A DNA stretch of 64,000 bases, from positions 4,521,149 to 4,585,148 of the forward strand of contig CAVNZM010000016.1 of assembly GCA_963693365.1 (NCBI GenBank), given 5' to 3'. Shown in pieces: positions 27,910-51,044 of the stretch. The stretch comes from Amoebidium appalachense. Lineage: Eukaryota > Protista > Ichthyosporea. The position numbers were made by a program, and so were the translations under genes. Under the pieces are notes generated by a model that saw only the letters and a program-made list of their open reading frames with translations, had not been told where the DNA came from and did no database searches. Positions within the stretch are counted from its first letter, which is position 1; every line of letters begins with the position of its first letter.

Positions 27910-29604
27910 CGTGGTGGGAGAAAGAGAAAAGGGGGAGGAGGGGGGGAGGGAGGGGCGGAGGGGAGGGTCATATCGCGTTGGAGAACACAAAGGGCACACC
28001 TGAAGACGAACAACACAGTGCATGTTCTTTACGAAAGGCCGCGCAGAAAGAGAGAGTATGCTTCATTTGTAGAGCCATCCCCCAGAGGACCCATCTCATC
28101 TACCCGAGGGAGAGGGGGGGAGGGGGGGGGGGGGGGGTAGGGTTGTTCCAAAACAGGTTCATGAAAGAAAGCTAACCAGCGGGAGGCGGGAAAGACACAA
28201 ACGCATGCCCTATACTACCTTCTTGGGCGGACGGTGATGGGTGATTTTTTAAGGGGAAGCACCCTTTTTCCTTTAGCCTCGAGTCTTCAGGCTTCGAACT
28301 GCTTTTTGTTTGTTCAAGACCTTCAGCAGCACCCACATGCTTGTTCCCCCCATACTTCAGTCTTGGGGTCTTGTGATCCTCGTCGGATTCCTTGATTTCG
28401 GGGTTTTTGGTTTTTATGCGGCTGCCTGGACTTTTTCAAGTGCTGAAGGTGTGCGCATGCACATTGAACATGCCATGGCCATGCAGTGCTATGCAATGCA
28501 CACTTAGGAGACAAGATAAAGGCTTTAGAAGTTAGCCAATGATGCATGAACGCCATATGGAAATCACACATTTCTTCGGCGACGAGCAGGGTGTTTTCAA
28601 CTACGTATGCTGTATTGTGTCAATCTCGAGTCTGACCAATGCATATATGTGTGGGGAGTGTGTGGCGCGCCGTGCTGAAAACGTAAATCCACACCTGCAC
28701 ACGAGGGGCTGCTCACGTGCTCCCACCGTCTCCCAAATTATAGAATGTTGACATTATATACATATTATATTATTTAGCTGTTTTAGTACTAAGTAAACAA
28801 CTGTAGGTATGGTTTGATAATTTTTCTTCTTCTTTTGACTCGGGTTTATTAATCCGTTGATGAAGGCAACGTGCAGCCACAGGCTACATAACCACCAATA
28901 GAACTGAAAAAGCCAAAGCTACGAAATAAAAATAAAGCGACAGGTGACAAAGGACACCAGCGGGCAAAACCTTAAGTGTACGTGTATGCGTGAAACTAGT
29001 TTGCTCCACTAGTCATATGCATCAATGTTGACCAGACCACACTCCGCAAGAAGACATCATTACTGCTCCTTCACAACAGGCCTCCCTCAAATTCTATCGA
29101 GGCACAGCAAGCAAGTCAGCCTCTAAAAGAGCAATGCAGACCAAATCTGAGCTAAAAAACAATCCCAACGGGCCCGGCTCCTAGATAACCCGGAGAAACT
29201 GCATCTAGATCTCTGATAAGGTGGCCTAGTTGTGGCAGGACACACAGAAAAACACAATTACAGAATGCATGCAAGCAAACCCGGTCATTGCCATACGACT
29301 GGAGGCTAAGGACTGGCAGTCACTTGGAAAGCTCCCCGACGACCAAGTCGCCGCCCCTCCACTCACGCAGCGCAGAAGTAGCTGAAGAAGTTGCAGCAGC
29401 CCACCGCCAACAGGTCGCGTAGAAGCGTAGACAGCGTGTAGAAGTTACCATAGGTTGCAGTGGACCACCAAGCGTTGAAGAAACCACTTCTCAAGCGAGA
29501 AACTCCGCGAAAGGGAGATGCCCCCACACTCTCACAGCATGAATACACCAGGCCACACCACACACACGCTGCAGTCACGTTCCCCTGAGTGGGACTCCCT
29601 CCCA

Positions 29605-29798
29605 CCACAAAAAGAAGAAACGAAAGCCTTTATATACATGCCACGGTGAAGAATCGGGGAAAAAAAGTTGACGTGACAGCTAAGAGATCGAAGTGAAAGT
29701 GAAGTCCCACAAAAAGAAGAAACGAAAGCCTTTATATACCTGCCATGGTGAAGAATCGGGAAAAAAAGTTGACGTACAGCTAAGAGATCGAAGTGAAA
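29605..29798 (+). repeat. Direct tandem duplication (~94-bp units, 102-bp period)
   Basis: CCACAAAAAGAAGAAACGAAAGCCTTTATATAC...TAAGAGATCGAAGTGAAA at 29605 and 29707. Confidence 0.85.
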
Positions 29799-30299
29799 TT
29801 GATAATGTGATAATTTAGAGTTTAGGAAGACGTTGATCTTTTCCTGGAATGTGCGCTTGGCTTTTGTGATTGGCGGCCCTGGAATGCAACGACAGTGGCT
29901 ATTGTCCGCAACCAATCACATCTCGAGGACGGCGTGCTAGCAACCAGCCATGGCCCATGGGCAGGAACATAAATAGAGCTCTTTATGTGCTTCTACTGAG
30001 TCATTTTAGAAGGGGAAAAGGAGGCACGTTACACATATCTAAGCCATGATATCTCCTTTCAATAAATACTGAAATACACGATGTTGTTGTAACGGCATAC
30101 TGTAGCTATAGATCGAACACATATACTGTATTCAGCTCACCCCGGAAGGTCCCCGGCCGCGGCTGCGCAGCCTGTCAGTGAGCTGCCGTGGCCTGAGTGA
30201 CGCTTGGCAGACACGCGTACGGACACTTTCACGTTCACATTGCATACAAGCACATGTTCAAACATATCAAAGTAAAGCGTCTCTCTGTCTCTTTCAGGC

Positions 30300-30482
30300 T
30301 CTCTCTCTTTCTCACTCGAGCTCTCTCCCTCGCCCCCCCCCCCCCCCCCCCCCTCTCCCTCTCCCCCCATTCTCTCCCTCCCTCCCTCCCTCTCTCCCTC
30401 TCTTTTCTCAGAGCCTCTCTCTCTCTCTCTGTGTGTGTGTGTCTCTCTCTCCCCCTCTCTCGCCCTATATATATATAGAAAT

Positions 30483-30544
<62 letters not shown>

Positions 30545-30576
30545 CCTCTCTTTCTCTGTCTCTCTCTTTCTCTCTG

Positions 30577-30646
<70 letters not shown>

Positions 30647-30647
30647 G

Positions 30648-30742
<95 letters not shown>

Positions 30743-30880
30743 CCCCCCCCCCCCGCCCCCTCCCCCCCCCCCCTCCCCCCCTTCCCGAGTCTCTGTCTCC
30801 TTGTCTCTCTCTCAGGACACACATCACCCGCACACCGTGGCCCCTGCGCACGGGTAAACGTGCACAGGCCGTGCTGGTGA

Positions 30881-30916
<36 letters not shown>

Positions 30917-30958
30917 CGTGCGTGCGTGTGTGTGTATTTGTGCGCGTGCGCGTTTGTC

Positions 30959-31042
<84 letters not shown>

Positions 31043-31197
31043 GCGTGTGTGTGTGTGTATGTGTGTGTGTGTGTGTGCATGTGTGTGTGTGTGTTCGTAT
31101 TCGTGTGTGTGTGTATGTGCGTGCGGGCACTAGGTGTGTGTGTTTGTGTTTGTGTATACAGTGTGTTGCGTGAGGTTTTTTCAAAGTTTTTTTTTTT

Positions 31198-31240
<43 letters not shown>
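30300..31240. repeat. Compound microsatellite block (CT)n/(GT)n/poly-C/poly-G
   Basis: Directly visible; similar blocks fill most host introns (e.g. 43650-44800). Confidence 0.9.
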
Positions 31241-31241
<1 letters not shown>

Positions 31242-32273
31242 TATCGCATTGAAATCCCCGACCTTGTGCCTGCAGAACACACCGACTTCTTCTTAGTTCT
31301 TTGCACCCGTATGTGACCATTTTCAAGTTAATCAGAGGGTAATAAGTTAAACATACAATTGTGTTAATGGGTTGTTTGCAAGGGAAAACTCTAAGCGTGT
31401 GCTACAAGAATGTGCGCAATCGTGAGCTCGGATATTCCGAATACCAGTTTCACAGCCTAAAAAGGCGGCAGCGAGGACGCCGTTGGGTTTTTTCTTTAGA
31501 GCAAACCGTTTATTTGTAGTTCATTCTTACAGCTCCTGTTCATGGTGTATTATGATGGACATCTACAGTCACGGTGTGGTGTGACTCAAGCACACGCGGT
31601 TGAGAATCCCTACCCTATGAACCAATGATATGGATGTAATGATTACCATATATCATATAGCCTAGCTGAGCCCTGATCCCAGAGTACATGTATAACCGTC
31701 ACTCCTGAGCGGGTCTCAGTTGTCAGTTGAGATCAGTTGGACACAGGCACACATGAGGTCTTGCATTAAAGATGGGTCACAGGTTGAGACATAACCCGAG
31801 ACTCCATTAAAAGCCACATACTGTACACAGACCACCACAGAGAACCCACCGAGTACATTTACACATACAACATAACACACGGCATGCTTTTTCTTGCATG
31901 CACTTACACACCAATCATGATTGGTTTTTACCACACCCTACTCGGATTACATTTACACATTCCTACAATTGCAACGGTGACATACTCCGAAGTTCATTGC
32001 CTCAAAAACATTCTATCCTTGTATTGTGTGTGATACAAACATGACGTGGATCCAGACAAAAAACGGCATTCAGACAGACCAAATTAAGAATTAATTCGAC
32101 TGACAGGACGATAGTTAATCCTGATGCTTCTTACTCAAACTGCTTAATCATATATACCACAGCTGCAAACATTTTTGTTACGTTGTTGTGTACAAACCGC
32201 ATATCCACATTTCGGTACCACCAAATATGCATAGGCTTTACATACCCGCACCGTGAATCCCCCCCCCCCTCCC

Positions 32274-32304
<31 letters not shown>

Positions 32305-32364
32305 AAAAAAAGGAGGAAGACGAAGAAGAAAAATCATAACTTCTTGTGACGTGAAATGTGATTA

Positions 32365-33711
32365 TCACTCGCCGCGCCGCTCGTAATCGCACACCCCGCT
32401 CACATACTCGAAGCACACACCAGTAAACACCTTGGAACGTGTCGTCTGGTTGTTCCATGCGGCAAGCACGTCCTGCATCTTAAAACCAAACTGGAAATTT
32501 GCAAGCGGCCATGTGTTCATGTTGGAGTTGATATTTGGGCCCGGATTGGTCATATTACCCTCATAGGTGGACGAAAATAGGGACGTGGGCGTCGTGGTGG
32601 TCGCGTTTCCGATGGGGAACTTGTAGGCGAAACCGCCGTGCATAGAAAGAGTTGCGTTGTTGGTGTTCCTCAAAGCAGCGCTAATGGTTGGGGCAGTGAA
32701 ATACATGAGGTCGCCAAACTGAAGCTGGTTCATGGGGTAGCGTTTAATCGCCTGAGATGATTGGGAGTTTGTCTTGCTGTTCATGTGGACTCCAAACACC
32801 ATGTTGTAAACGAAAGCAGTGGTATCCGTGCAGTCAATCCCATGCCAGTTTGCGTTGGGTGTCTTGTCAAAACCGACGTTGTAACCGATGGGACCGGACC
32901 AGTAGGGGTCGTGGTGGTGCGCGTAGGTGAGACGCTTGGGGGAAGCGTTCTTTAGAGAGTAAAGATAGTCAATGATGATTTGCATCTGCTGGCGCTTGCC
33001 GAGGTCGGAAGCGGGAATGCTAGCGCTGTCGACGCTGTAGCACACGGGCCAAGGACCCCATGTGTTGTTCAACCCTGCGTTGGAACCAGGCCAGAAGTTG
33101 TAAAAGTTCTTAAAGTTCTTGGCGAGCGTAGGCCAGCACGATTGGTAGTTCTGCTGCTGGGCAATCTGCTTTGCAAAAGTCTTCTGATAAACGTTCTGCT
33201 GCGCAGTCACACACCAAGCGTCGTTTGGACCCGTGCACGCAATACCCAACGGGCAGTTGGTCGTGCTCGTGGCAGATGATGGGGTACATGTGTTGCATTT
33301 CGAGTTTGCAAGATACTGGCCGAGGGGGCATTGGGTGAAAACGGCGGTGGTGGCGGGCTCGACGGAATTTGCTGGCGTGACGCTTGAAATACCAAGTTGG
33401 GCGAGGGCGGAGGGTTGCTCGCGGGCAATACGGTGCAGTTCCTGTGCGTGTTTGGCGGAGAAAAACGTAAACTCGATGGTGGTTTCTTCGGTGCTTCGGC
33501 GCACACGTTGACCTACGGAGAGATCTTCGGAAGAGACGCCAAGAAGGGTGGCGAGAGACTTGGAGAGTTGGTTTGTGCGTGTGGTGGAGTCATAGAGGGA
33601 AAACGTGACTCTTGCTTCGTTTTGGGGATCAACAGCAACGCCATCGACCCACGTGCAGGAGGTGAAAAGCGCAATTGCGCAAAGTAGACGGTTTGAGTTC
33701 TTTGTCGCCAT
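32365..33711 (-). CDS. Secreted NlpC/P60-family cysteine hydrolase with prodomain and Cys-rich linker
   Basis: 448-aa intronless ORF. Signal peptide (LLCAIALFTSCTWVDG), RVRR dibasic site, TNFR-like CPLGQY..C..C repeat, then YAHHH...GIDCTDTTAFVY...LQFGDLMYF...HGGF (catalytic Cys and His). TATAAATA at ~33780-33787 on the minus strand. Confidence 0.8.
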   Translation of the reverse strand: MATKNSNRLLCAIALFTSCTWVDGVAVDPQNEARVTFSLYDSTTRTNQLSKSLATLLGVSSEDLSVGQRVRRSTEETTIEFTFFSAKHAQELHRIAREQPSALAQLGISSVTPANSVEPATTAVFTQCPLGQYLANSKCNTCTPSSATSTTNCPLGIACTGPNDAWCVTAQQNVYQKTFAKQIAQQQNYQSCWPTLAKNFKNFYNFWPGSNAGLNNTWGPWPVCYSVDSASIPASDLGKRQQMQIIIDYLYSLKNASPKRLTYAHHHDPYWSGPIGYNVGFDKTPNANWHGIDCTDTTAFVYNMVFGVHMNSKTNSQSSQAIKRYPMNQLQFGDLMYFTAPTISAALRNTNNATLSMHGGFAYKFPIGNATTTTPTSLFSSTYEGNMTNPGPNINSNMNTWPLANFQFGFKMQDVLAAWNNQTTRSKVFTGVCFEYVSGVCDYERRGE

Positions 33712-34322
33712 GTTGAAGGTAAGTAAACAACGCTCTGTTTGTTCACTGTTTGAATGACGTGACTGTGGGCGGGAGTGAGTATTTATAGTCGGATGATAGT
33801 CCTCCTAGATTATAACAATGTGCTCTGGAATTCTATTGAATACCAGGGTCCAGGGTCCGTGAGACAGTCTACAGGGTCATTCCGTTTCCTTTTTTTTATC
33901 TTAAATAGTCTTTAAGAAAAGTCGATGCATTTAATATTACATGATTATTTCATAATTCTACCCATATATTTTAGTTTCTATAGTCTACGACATAATTCCT
34001 GCCGAGCAACAACAATGAACAAATAGAAGCAAATAGAAAGCATTGGTGGCTCCCGGGAATGTGTATTCCCAAGGAATGAGATTGTAAATGATTACTCTAT
34101 TCTAATTGGTCAAGCCAAAGTAGGACAACTGCTGGATAGCGTTGATTGGCTGAAACAGTTTGTACTTTTTTTAGCCTCCTTTGCTTTCGGATATAATTAG
34201 CACCCTTGCGCACGAACCCAGCCCTGGTGTCATACATTCGAAAGAATATCCGCGTGAGCACAACGCGGAGTTGCGGTTTTTCTAAGACAGAACATAAATA
34301 ATAGTGAATTTGCACAAGTCAA

Positions 34323-34359
<37 letters not shown>

Positions 34360-34389
34360 ACCACCACCACCAAAACACACACACGCACG

Positions 34390-34486
<97 letters not shown>

Positions 34487-34525
34487 GCACACACACACGC
34501 ACACACACACATTCTCTCTCCCCGA

Positions 34526-34581
<56 letters not shown>

Positions 34582-34817
34582 ATAGCTTTCGCTCTCTCTC
34601 TATCTCTCTCTCGAGCTCTCTCTCGAGCTCTAACACACACACCGTGACCCTACACAAGCAAATGCCAGCGGAAAACGCTGGGGTCTCATAATCGCAGCTT
34701 TCTGAATCGGATCATATAATAGAGTCTCTGGTCAATCCATGTACATACATACATAGGTTTAATAATAGGTATATCTACACTCACACATATATACTGATCT
34801 TGACACAGACACAACGG

Positions 34818-34901
<84 letters not shown>

Positions 34902-35631
34902 AACTGTTACACACACGCGATCACACACGCACCGTGACACACACAGGCACACAAACACATGTACATACACACCGGTCGTACACACACCGTGCACGTCGAA
35001 CACACATCTACTGTATGATGCCATCACACGTACGTGTGACACACGGTCACCACCGTTGAAGCACCACCCAATTTATTGCATGTGTAGCGGATATTTAGTA
35101 CATGGCTACAGACTGAAATACACGGAGTGCACACATGCACACACCATGGCCAGGTGATATATTATGTACGCATGACCACCAGTACACAGATACCAATAAC
35201 ACGTGCCACAAACAAACACACCTTGCTCCTTGACACATACACACACACACCACACGATTTGCTAACACCGTGTTAAGGGAATTCGTAGGCATGGAAGGGC
35301 CCGATGGCCGTGAGGCTCAGATCTGCAAGCGCTATTCACATTAGGTGAATCCAAAAAATTCCGATCTTCGAAACCCCCCCCCCCCCCCCCCCCCCCCCAC
35401 CACCACCCACCCACCCACCCACCCACACACACACACACAGGCTGATCATGAGAAGAACCAGGCCTGCTGGTATAAGTTCTATTGACGGATTCGGGATGTA
35501 CAATAATAATTGGTACATAAAGAAATGCCACAGATAACTGGAGGTGAGAGCCAGAGAGAGAGAAGAGAGGTGTGACAAGAACGAGAGGGAGAGCATGCAG
35601 AGACGGGGCCCGGCGAGCGGGCAGCGGGCAG

Positions 35632-35683
<52 letters not shown>

Positions 35684-36012
35684 TGACTTGCACACGTGAA
35701 GATGTAAAAGATAAGTGATTATGTGTGGGGGGTGCATGTATATTTGTGTTTGCAAGAGGCTCCTGAGTGTACCGCAGTCTTGGACGAATTTTGAGGAGGG
35801 GCTGATGGTACAGGCAAGGGGAGCAAGGAGAAAAAGAAAGTAGACTGATGTGTCAGAATAAAAGACCTACTAAAGAGATCAGTCTCTGAATTTTTACTAC
35901 AAGCCATATCCCTCCCTATTGGTCCCCCCAAGAAAAAAAAATAAAGACATAACACATCCATCACTATTGGTCAATATTTTAAAATGCCAACTTAATTCAA
36001 CATTCTGCCGGT

Positions 36013-45127
<9,115 letters not shown>

Positions 45128-45662
45128 GGTTGGAACGGAAGGGACAATGATGTTGGCACTGCGTCTAAGTATGCAGTCAGGCCGTAAACCGCACTTCAAA
45201 GAGTTCTAATCACCTCAATGTTTTATCCGTTTCAGTAATCCGCCCTAGAATAAAATGAACAAACCACGACAACAAAAACTTACACGACTGCGACTGTCAA
45301 GCTTGTTACAACTCAGTAAACTTGAACTAAAAACAGACCGAGACAGTGAGCCTCGGATCTTTCGAAACTTTGAAATTTAAAGGTCACGCTTCCCGGCCGT
45401 GAGTGCGCAAACAGGTTGGAATGCAGAGGGGGCGGAATATGAGCAGTACAATCTTCAAGTTAGGTATCCAACCCGTTGATGTTATAAGCGTAACACCAAT
45501 TAGAAAGTGTTTAAAAAATTTCATGGAAACTTTCTAAACTTTTAATTCCCTTTTTTCTCATGCTATACATTTACTGGCCATACGGATTGGCCGGAATTGG
45601 CCGCCTTTCAGAGAATTTGATTGGTCTCTCGGCTAGAAATTTAAACCGGACGGCCAAGTATT

Positions 45663-46015
45663 GAGCCGCTTCGCGTTGATCTAAATATCTAAACATCTAG
45701 ATTGTTAAATTTACGTATAAAATCCGATTAATCTGTTAAGTTTGCATAAAATTTAGATCGATTTCGACCATCTTCCTGATGGGCGCATCTGGAAGAGGGG
45801 GGGAGGGGGGTCTTCCAGAAGTCTGGGATGAGACGATTGGTCCTTGGACCTCGCCTCAATATCTCTTATCCAATAGAATTGCAATCTACGATCTAGATAA
45901 TTCAATTTCTAAACTGCTCTACGCGAATCGAGCAGACTTTTAGATATTTAGAGAACGGCATTGATTCTCTAAATTCGCCGAGTATTTAGATATTTAGATC
46001 AACGCGAAGCGGCTC
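45663..46015. mobile_element. MITE (353 bp) with 31-bp perfect TIRs and 3-bp ATT target-site duplication; PIF/Harbinger-like superfamily
   Basis: TIR GAGCCGCTTCGCGTTGATCTAAATATCTAAA at 45663-45693, reverse complement at 45985-46015. ATT at 45660-45662 and 46016-46018. No ORF. Confidence 0.85.
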
Positions 46016-46418
46016 ATTTCCCGTTGTGCGGAACTGTGCCTTGCAGTCCGTGTTCCGTTTCGTTCACTTTTTCCCTCGAGATAGTGTCTGTGTGAATTGT
46101 GTCTGTGTGTGAATGAACGGAACTCTGCTTGATGGCCCCGGGAGCCTTTGAGGAATCAGTGCTGTTCGGTTTCGAGCAAGGTTTAACAGCGTACAGATGC
46201 TATAGTCAACCAAATCCCTTCACTGCATCTTGAAGCGGAACTCAAAGAAAACCTCTTGAAGCTAATCAGGCTGGTTCGTTTGTGATGCACCTCGCTTGTT
46301 TCTTGTACCAAGGCTTGCCTGATTCAAAAGACATACGACTTCAAGCCCCGTTCTATTTCTCCTTCTGAGTAATCTTTCATAGAGATAAAACGTTCTTCTG
46401 TTAACACACTAAAACAGG

Positions 46419-48178
46419 ATGTTCCACGCACTCAAGAAAACCCTTTCGTGGTACAAACCCACAGCGCCCACCCAAGACCCTCGTTTTGAGGAAGCATGGG
46501 CAGCTTTTAAACCAGTTCTGGAACAATGTCAAGCTCTTCTCACATTATTTGACACCAACGACAAGATTCACGATGAATTAAGCGAGAATTTCACATCTAC
46601 ACTTTCGATGGTGCATGATGCCGGAGGGCAGTGGTCACAGGCTTCGGTAAGTTTTACCCACCCCTGCTGCTTCCAACTAGCAAAGGCATTCTGGTTACAT
46701 TGTTTCCGACCCTTGTAATAAGGGCAGCTTTCTTGGTTGAATCCGAATGTTGGGGCTCGACATACTCCAATGCACGCTGTATAGAGCATTTTCAGTTACT
46801 GGTTATCTGTTCCTTTGTCGGGCCAGTGGTCAAATATAACTGCTGTTATTTTGCTTGACAAACGTTGTCCAGGAACTCGATAACTCATCTTTTGTTAACA
46901 CATCAGGTGGTTTCCACTGAAGGGCTACGGCGCTTAGCTGAGCTAGATGCACCTCTTCCCGGTGTGGGCGTGAGCCAAGAAGCACGTCCGGTGGCCGGGC
47001 CTGCACAGCAGAAATACAACGAGGCCAGAGACCTGCTTGTGCGCTATAGAGACCTGTTGCTGGATGTGAGAAAGGTGGTGTTGAGGAGGGAGGAGTTGGT
47101 CAAGGAGCTGGACTACTACAGAGGGAAGGTGCGTTGTGAGAACATGAGTGAAAGTGGCGTGGGCGCAGGATCCTCCGAGGATGTATGGATGTGCAGAGCT
47201 GGGCGCAGGGGCATGGTAACGGGCTGACGTAGGATGGGTGCTGATTGGGTAGGGCAGGCGGGGAGGGAGGAGGGGCTTTTGTGTGTGTGTGTGGGTGGGT
47301 GGGTGGGTGGGTGGGTGGGTGGGTGGTATGTCAAGTGTGTGTGTGTATGTGTGTGTGCGTTTGTGTTTGTATGTATGTGTGTTGTTAGGGGGGGGAGGGC
47401 GGAGGGAGTTTGGGAGGGCGGAGGGAATAGGTAAGGAAGAGGGGGAATGGAGGTAGAAAGATGTTTATGAGGAGGAGGCGTTCGAGTCACAGAGGAAATT
47501 TGAGTTGGAGAGTTCAACGATGGAGCAAAGGCTGCATGGATATAGTCGTGGATGGTTGTTAACGAAGGTTTTAGAGAGGTAATAGGATAGTGTAGATAGG
47601 TTTTTGGGGGGGAGGGTGGCAAGGGGAGGGGGGGGGGGGGGGAGGGGGAGGGGGAGGAGGACGGGGGCCTAGAGCTTAGCACGGATGATACACTGAAGGA
47701 CTTAGTTCGGAACTGCTTCTTGGACTGCAAGACACAAAGAATACCAAACGACGACTGTCTGTGCTGTTTAATCACGTGTGGATGATGACCCGGATTTCTG
47801 GAAGGACGGGAAGGGGCCGGGAGCGCTTTTTCTTTCTTTTTTCCTTTTTGTGCTGGGGAATAGAGGGTGGGGGTGGGGGGGAGGCAAAGGGGAGTGGTTG
47901 GAGGAAACTGAGCAGACGGGCAAAAAAGTTGAGGGGATGTGGGGAGGAACGGGAGCAGGGGGTTGGGGGGGTTGTTGTTGGGGGGGGGGGGGGGGGGGGG
48001 GAGGGGGGGGGGGGGAAGACAGAGGGAGGCCAATGGGGATATCATATCGCTTATTCTGGATGTGACACTAGTTTTTTTTTTTTTCCTCAAGCACTCACCA
48101 TGTGCCCTCTAAACCCATGGTGATATTTTCATTTTTCTTGTTTGGAAAACCGCTGGATTTTTTTTGGTGTGTGTGTGG

Positions 48179-48210
<32 letters not shown>

Positions 48211-50058
48211 GGGGGGGAGGGGAGGGGGGGGGGGGGGGGGGGGGGGGGGATTGCACAGCCCGTGCTTCCAACCTCGTGGTAGTGTTGTTACTATTCTTGC
48301 AGGTGCCACGCAACAGGTGCAAAGTGTTTTTTCGGAAGGTACCTGATATGTACCGTCCAACCTCGTTCTAACGTTGTTATTTTTCCCGTTTTCAGGTGCA
48401 ATACTTTACCGAAAAGGTGACGACCAAGCCCAAGGAGCTTGAGGCAGCCAAGACGGCCATGGGCAAGGCCATGGATGTGTACACAAAGGTCAACAACCTA
48501 GCCGTGGACAACATGCACAGTGCACTCGATCTGAAGGTATATATGTGGGCGCGCGTGGGTGGGTGGGCCATTGGTAGGTGGCGGGGTGGGTGTGTTTTTC
48601 GGTGGGTAGGGGGAAGGGCGGCTGATGGGGGGCTGGGCGGGGGCGTGGGGGGGGGGACGGGGGGGGGGGGGGGGGGGAGGTTGTGGCAAAAACATCACAG
48701 TGCACTGGATCTGAAGGTGCATGTGTGCTTGGGGGGGGGGGGGGGGGGGGGGATTGATGGGTGGGTGGGTGTTTTTGTTGTTTGAGGGGGGGGAGGGGGG
48801 GTTGGGGCCACATGCGCACCGCGCACTTGATCTGAAGGTGTGTGTGTGCGTGGGGGGGAGGGGGTGTCAGCAACCTAGCCATGGACAACGTGCACAGTGC
48901 ACTGTATCTGAAGATGTGTGTGGGTGTGTGGGTGGGTGTGAATGAGCAGTTGCATTGGGCAGGGTGCTTTTTTCTTGACACCCTCTCCTTATTCAATCCG
49001 GGTGTCCAGCCCCTGATCCTATCACCGTTCACTGGTATCGAATGACATGGCCTCTGTATACACCACCTTACTAACCGACATTATCCTCAGGACCAAGCTC
49101 TTCTTGTCAGCCTTGGTGCCTTCATGCACATGCAGAGGGAATACGCCGCAAACGTCGAATACTTTGCCGCCGTCACAGAGAGCCACCCGGAACTCTCCCA
49201 CGCCAAATGGCCCGACCTCAGCCCGCTCCAAACAGCCGTCAAATACCAAATCGTAGAGTATAAATGCACCGCCGTAGACGAGGAAGCCATCGTTTTCACT
49301 TCCCAATCTCCATCGGACCTTTCCATAAGTCGGAAATCCACAGCCTCTTCCGTTGCGAGCGCTTCGGGCGGTGTGGTGGGTGCCGGTGCGATTGGAGCGA
49401 ATGGAACAGGGGTAGGAGGGTCCATGGGTGCGAGGAAAAACAGCAACTCGGCAATAAACTCGGTCGATTCAAACAGGAGTTCCCAGTCCTCTGGGCTGTC
49501 GTTTGGCCCCACTAGGTCTGCTTCTTCGCCTCCTGAGAGGTCCGCATATGGTAGAACCGCTGCAACAGACACACAAAGGTATGAGGGCATATACTTTCCC
49601 GCCCACCCACCCACTCACCCACCCAACCACCCCAGGCTCCTACCCTCTTCCTTCCCCCCGATTTTACCCCCAGTTCCCCCGTAAGGATGGGCTTTGGTTA
49701 TGGTGCAACATCTTTACTATTCTGTCCTCCCTCCCCCCCCCCCCTTCCCCTCCCCTCCTCCAACCACACACACACACACACACACATGCATACATACACA
49801 CCCACCCACACACTCACACTCACTCACCTACCTACCTACCCATTCACATAGCCACCATCGCCACCACCAACCATCCATATATCCCTGCCTAACCACCTAA
49901 CCCCCCCTTATCCCACACACACAAACACAGACGCGAAATGAATAGTAAAAAAAGGAAGGAAAAAATCCAACCACACACTGTCACACATGCCCCAACCACT
50001 TCTCTCTCCAGCATTCCCCCCGCTACCTCCCCCCCTCCCCCCTCAAAAAAAATTCCAT

Positions 50059-50146
<88 letters not shown>

Positions 50147-50568
50147 ACACACACACACTCCTCCCCCCCCCCCCCCCCCCCCCCCCCCAACCCACTCCCA
50201 ACCCACCCACCCACCCACCCACCCACCAACCACCATATCCCTGCAGGTTACCAACCCAACCATCCAGCAGCAAACCCAGCACATCATGGGTGCAAGATAA
50301 CCCCATCCTCACCCCGCCCGTTCTCCCAACCACCAACCACGTCGCATCCAAAGCCCTTATGGACGCAGAGGAAGACGAAGAAGAAGAAATTTTGGACGAA
50401 GTATCCAACTCGAGCACTACTGGGGGAGGAGTGATGTATTCCTGCACCAATCGGTTCGATAATGACCATATATGGCAAGATGAGGAGCCCAACCCTTTCT
50501 CCAAAGCTAGCCCGATCCTTAGCCATGGGGAGTCGCTTGATGCTGTGGGGTTGACGACGGCACCTTAA
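46419..50568 (+). CDS. BAR-domain-like protein with Ser-rich disordered C-terminus (5 exons)
   Basis: Exons 46419-46646, 46907-47128, 48396-48536, 49091-49578, 50247-50568, phase-consistent. TQDPRFEEA...RREELVKELDYYRGKV...ELEAAK...YTKVN resembles amphiphysin/Bin-type BAR helices. Confidence 0.7.
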
Positions 50569-50989
50569 GGGGGTTTCTTTAGAAATCCGGGTAGGGTCAG
50601 GCCCGAAAGCAAACTACGCTATATGACTGGAGAGATGCGCATCAAACAGCATTTTGGCCTGAACCGAAAGGGCCTATAAATCGGCTAAAAAGAAACCCCC
50701 TTAATATTAGCGAAGAACTTGTGTGGATGGTTAAGGTCTAAAGATTCCTTGACATTATATGGCGGTGTAACATCAATCAATATGACGTAAGCATGATGAA
50801 TAATGGTGTCTATTTTTTGCTTTATGTTGATTTCGTCTATTTCTATAAATGGGGTGATTTCCTTTTTTAGGCATTTGGGATATCCATAAATTTTGGAGGA
50901 AATGATAGAAATTGCTATATAGTCTGTAAGGGCGTGCGAGTGCTATTGCTGCTTTCAACCATATATGAAACCATTCGCTCCCTCTGTCT

Positions 50990-51044
<55 letters not shown>

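Noticed and set aside
28200-29950. Possible gene or transposon remnant upstream of PITP
   Set aside because: Short ORFs only, with no recognisable domain or consistent exon chain.
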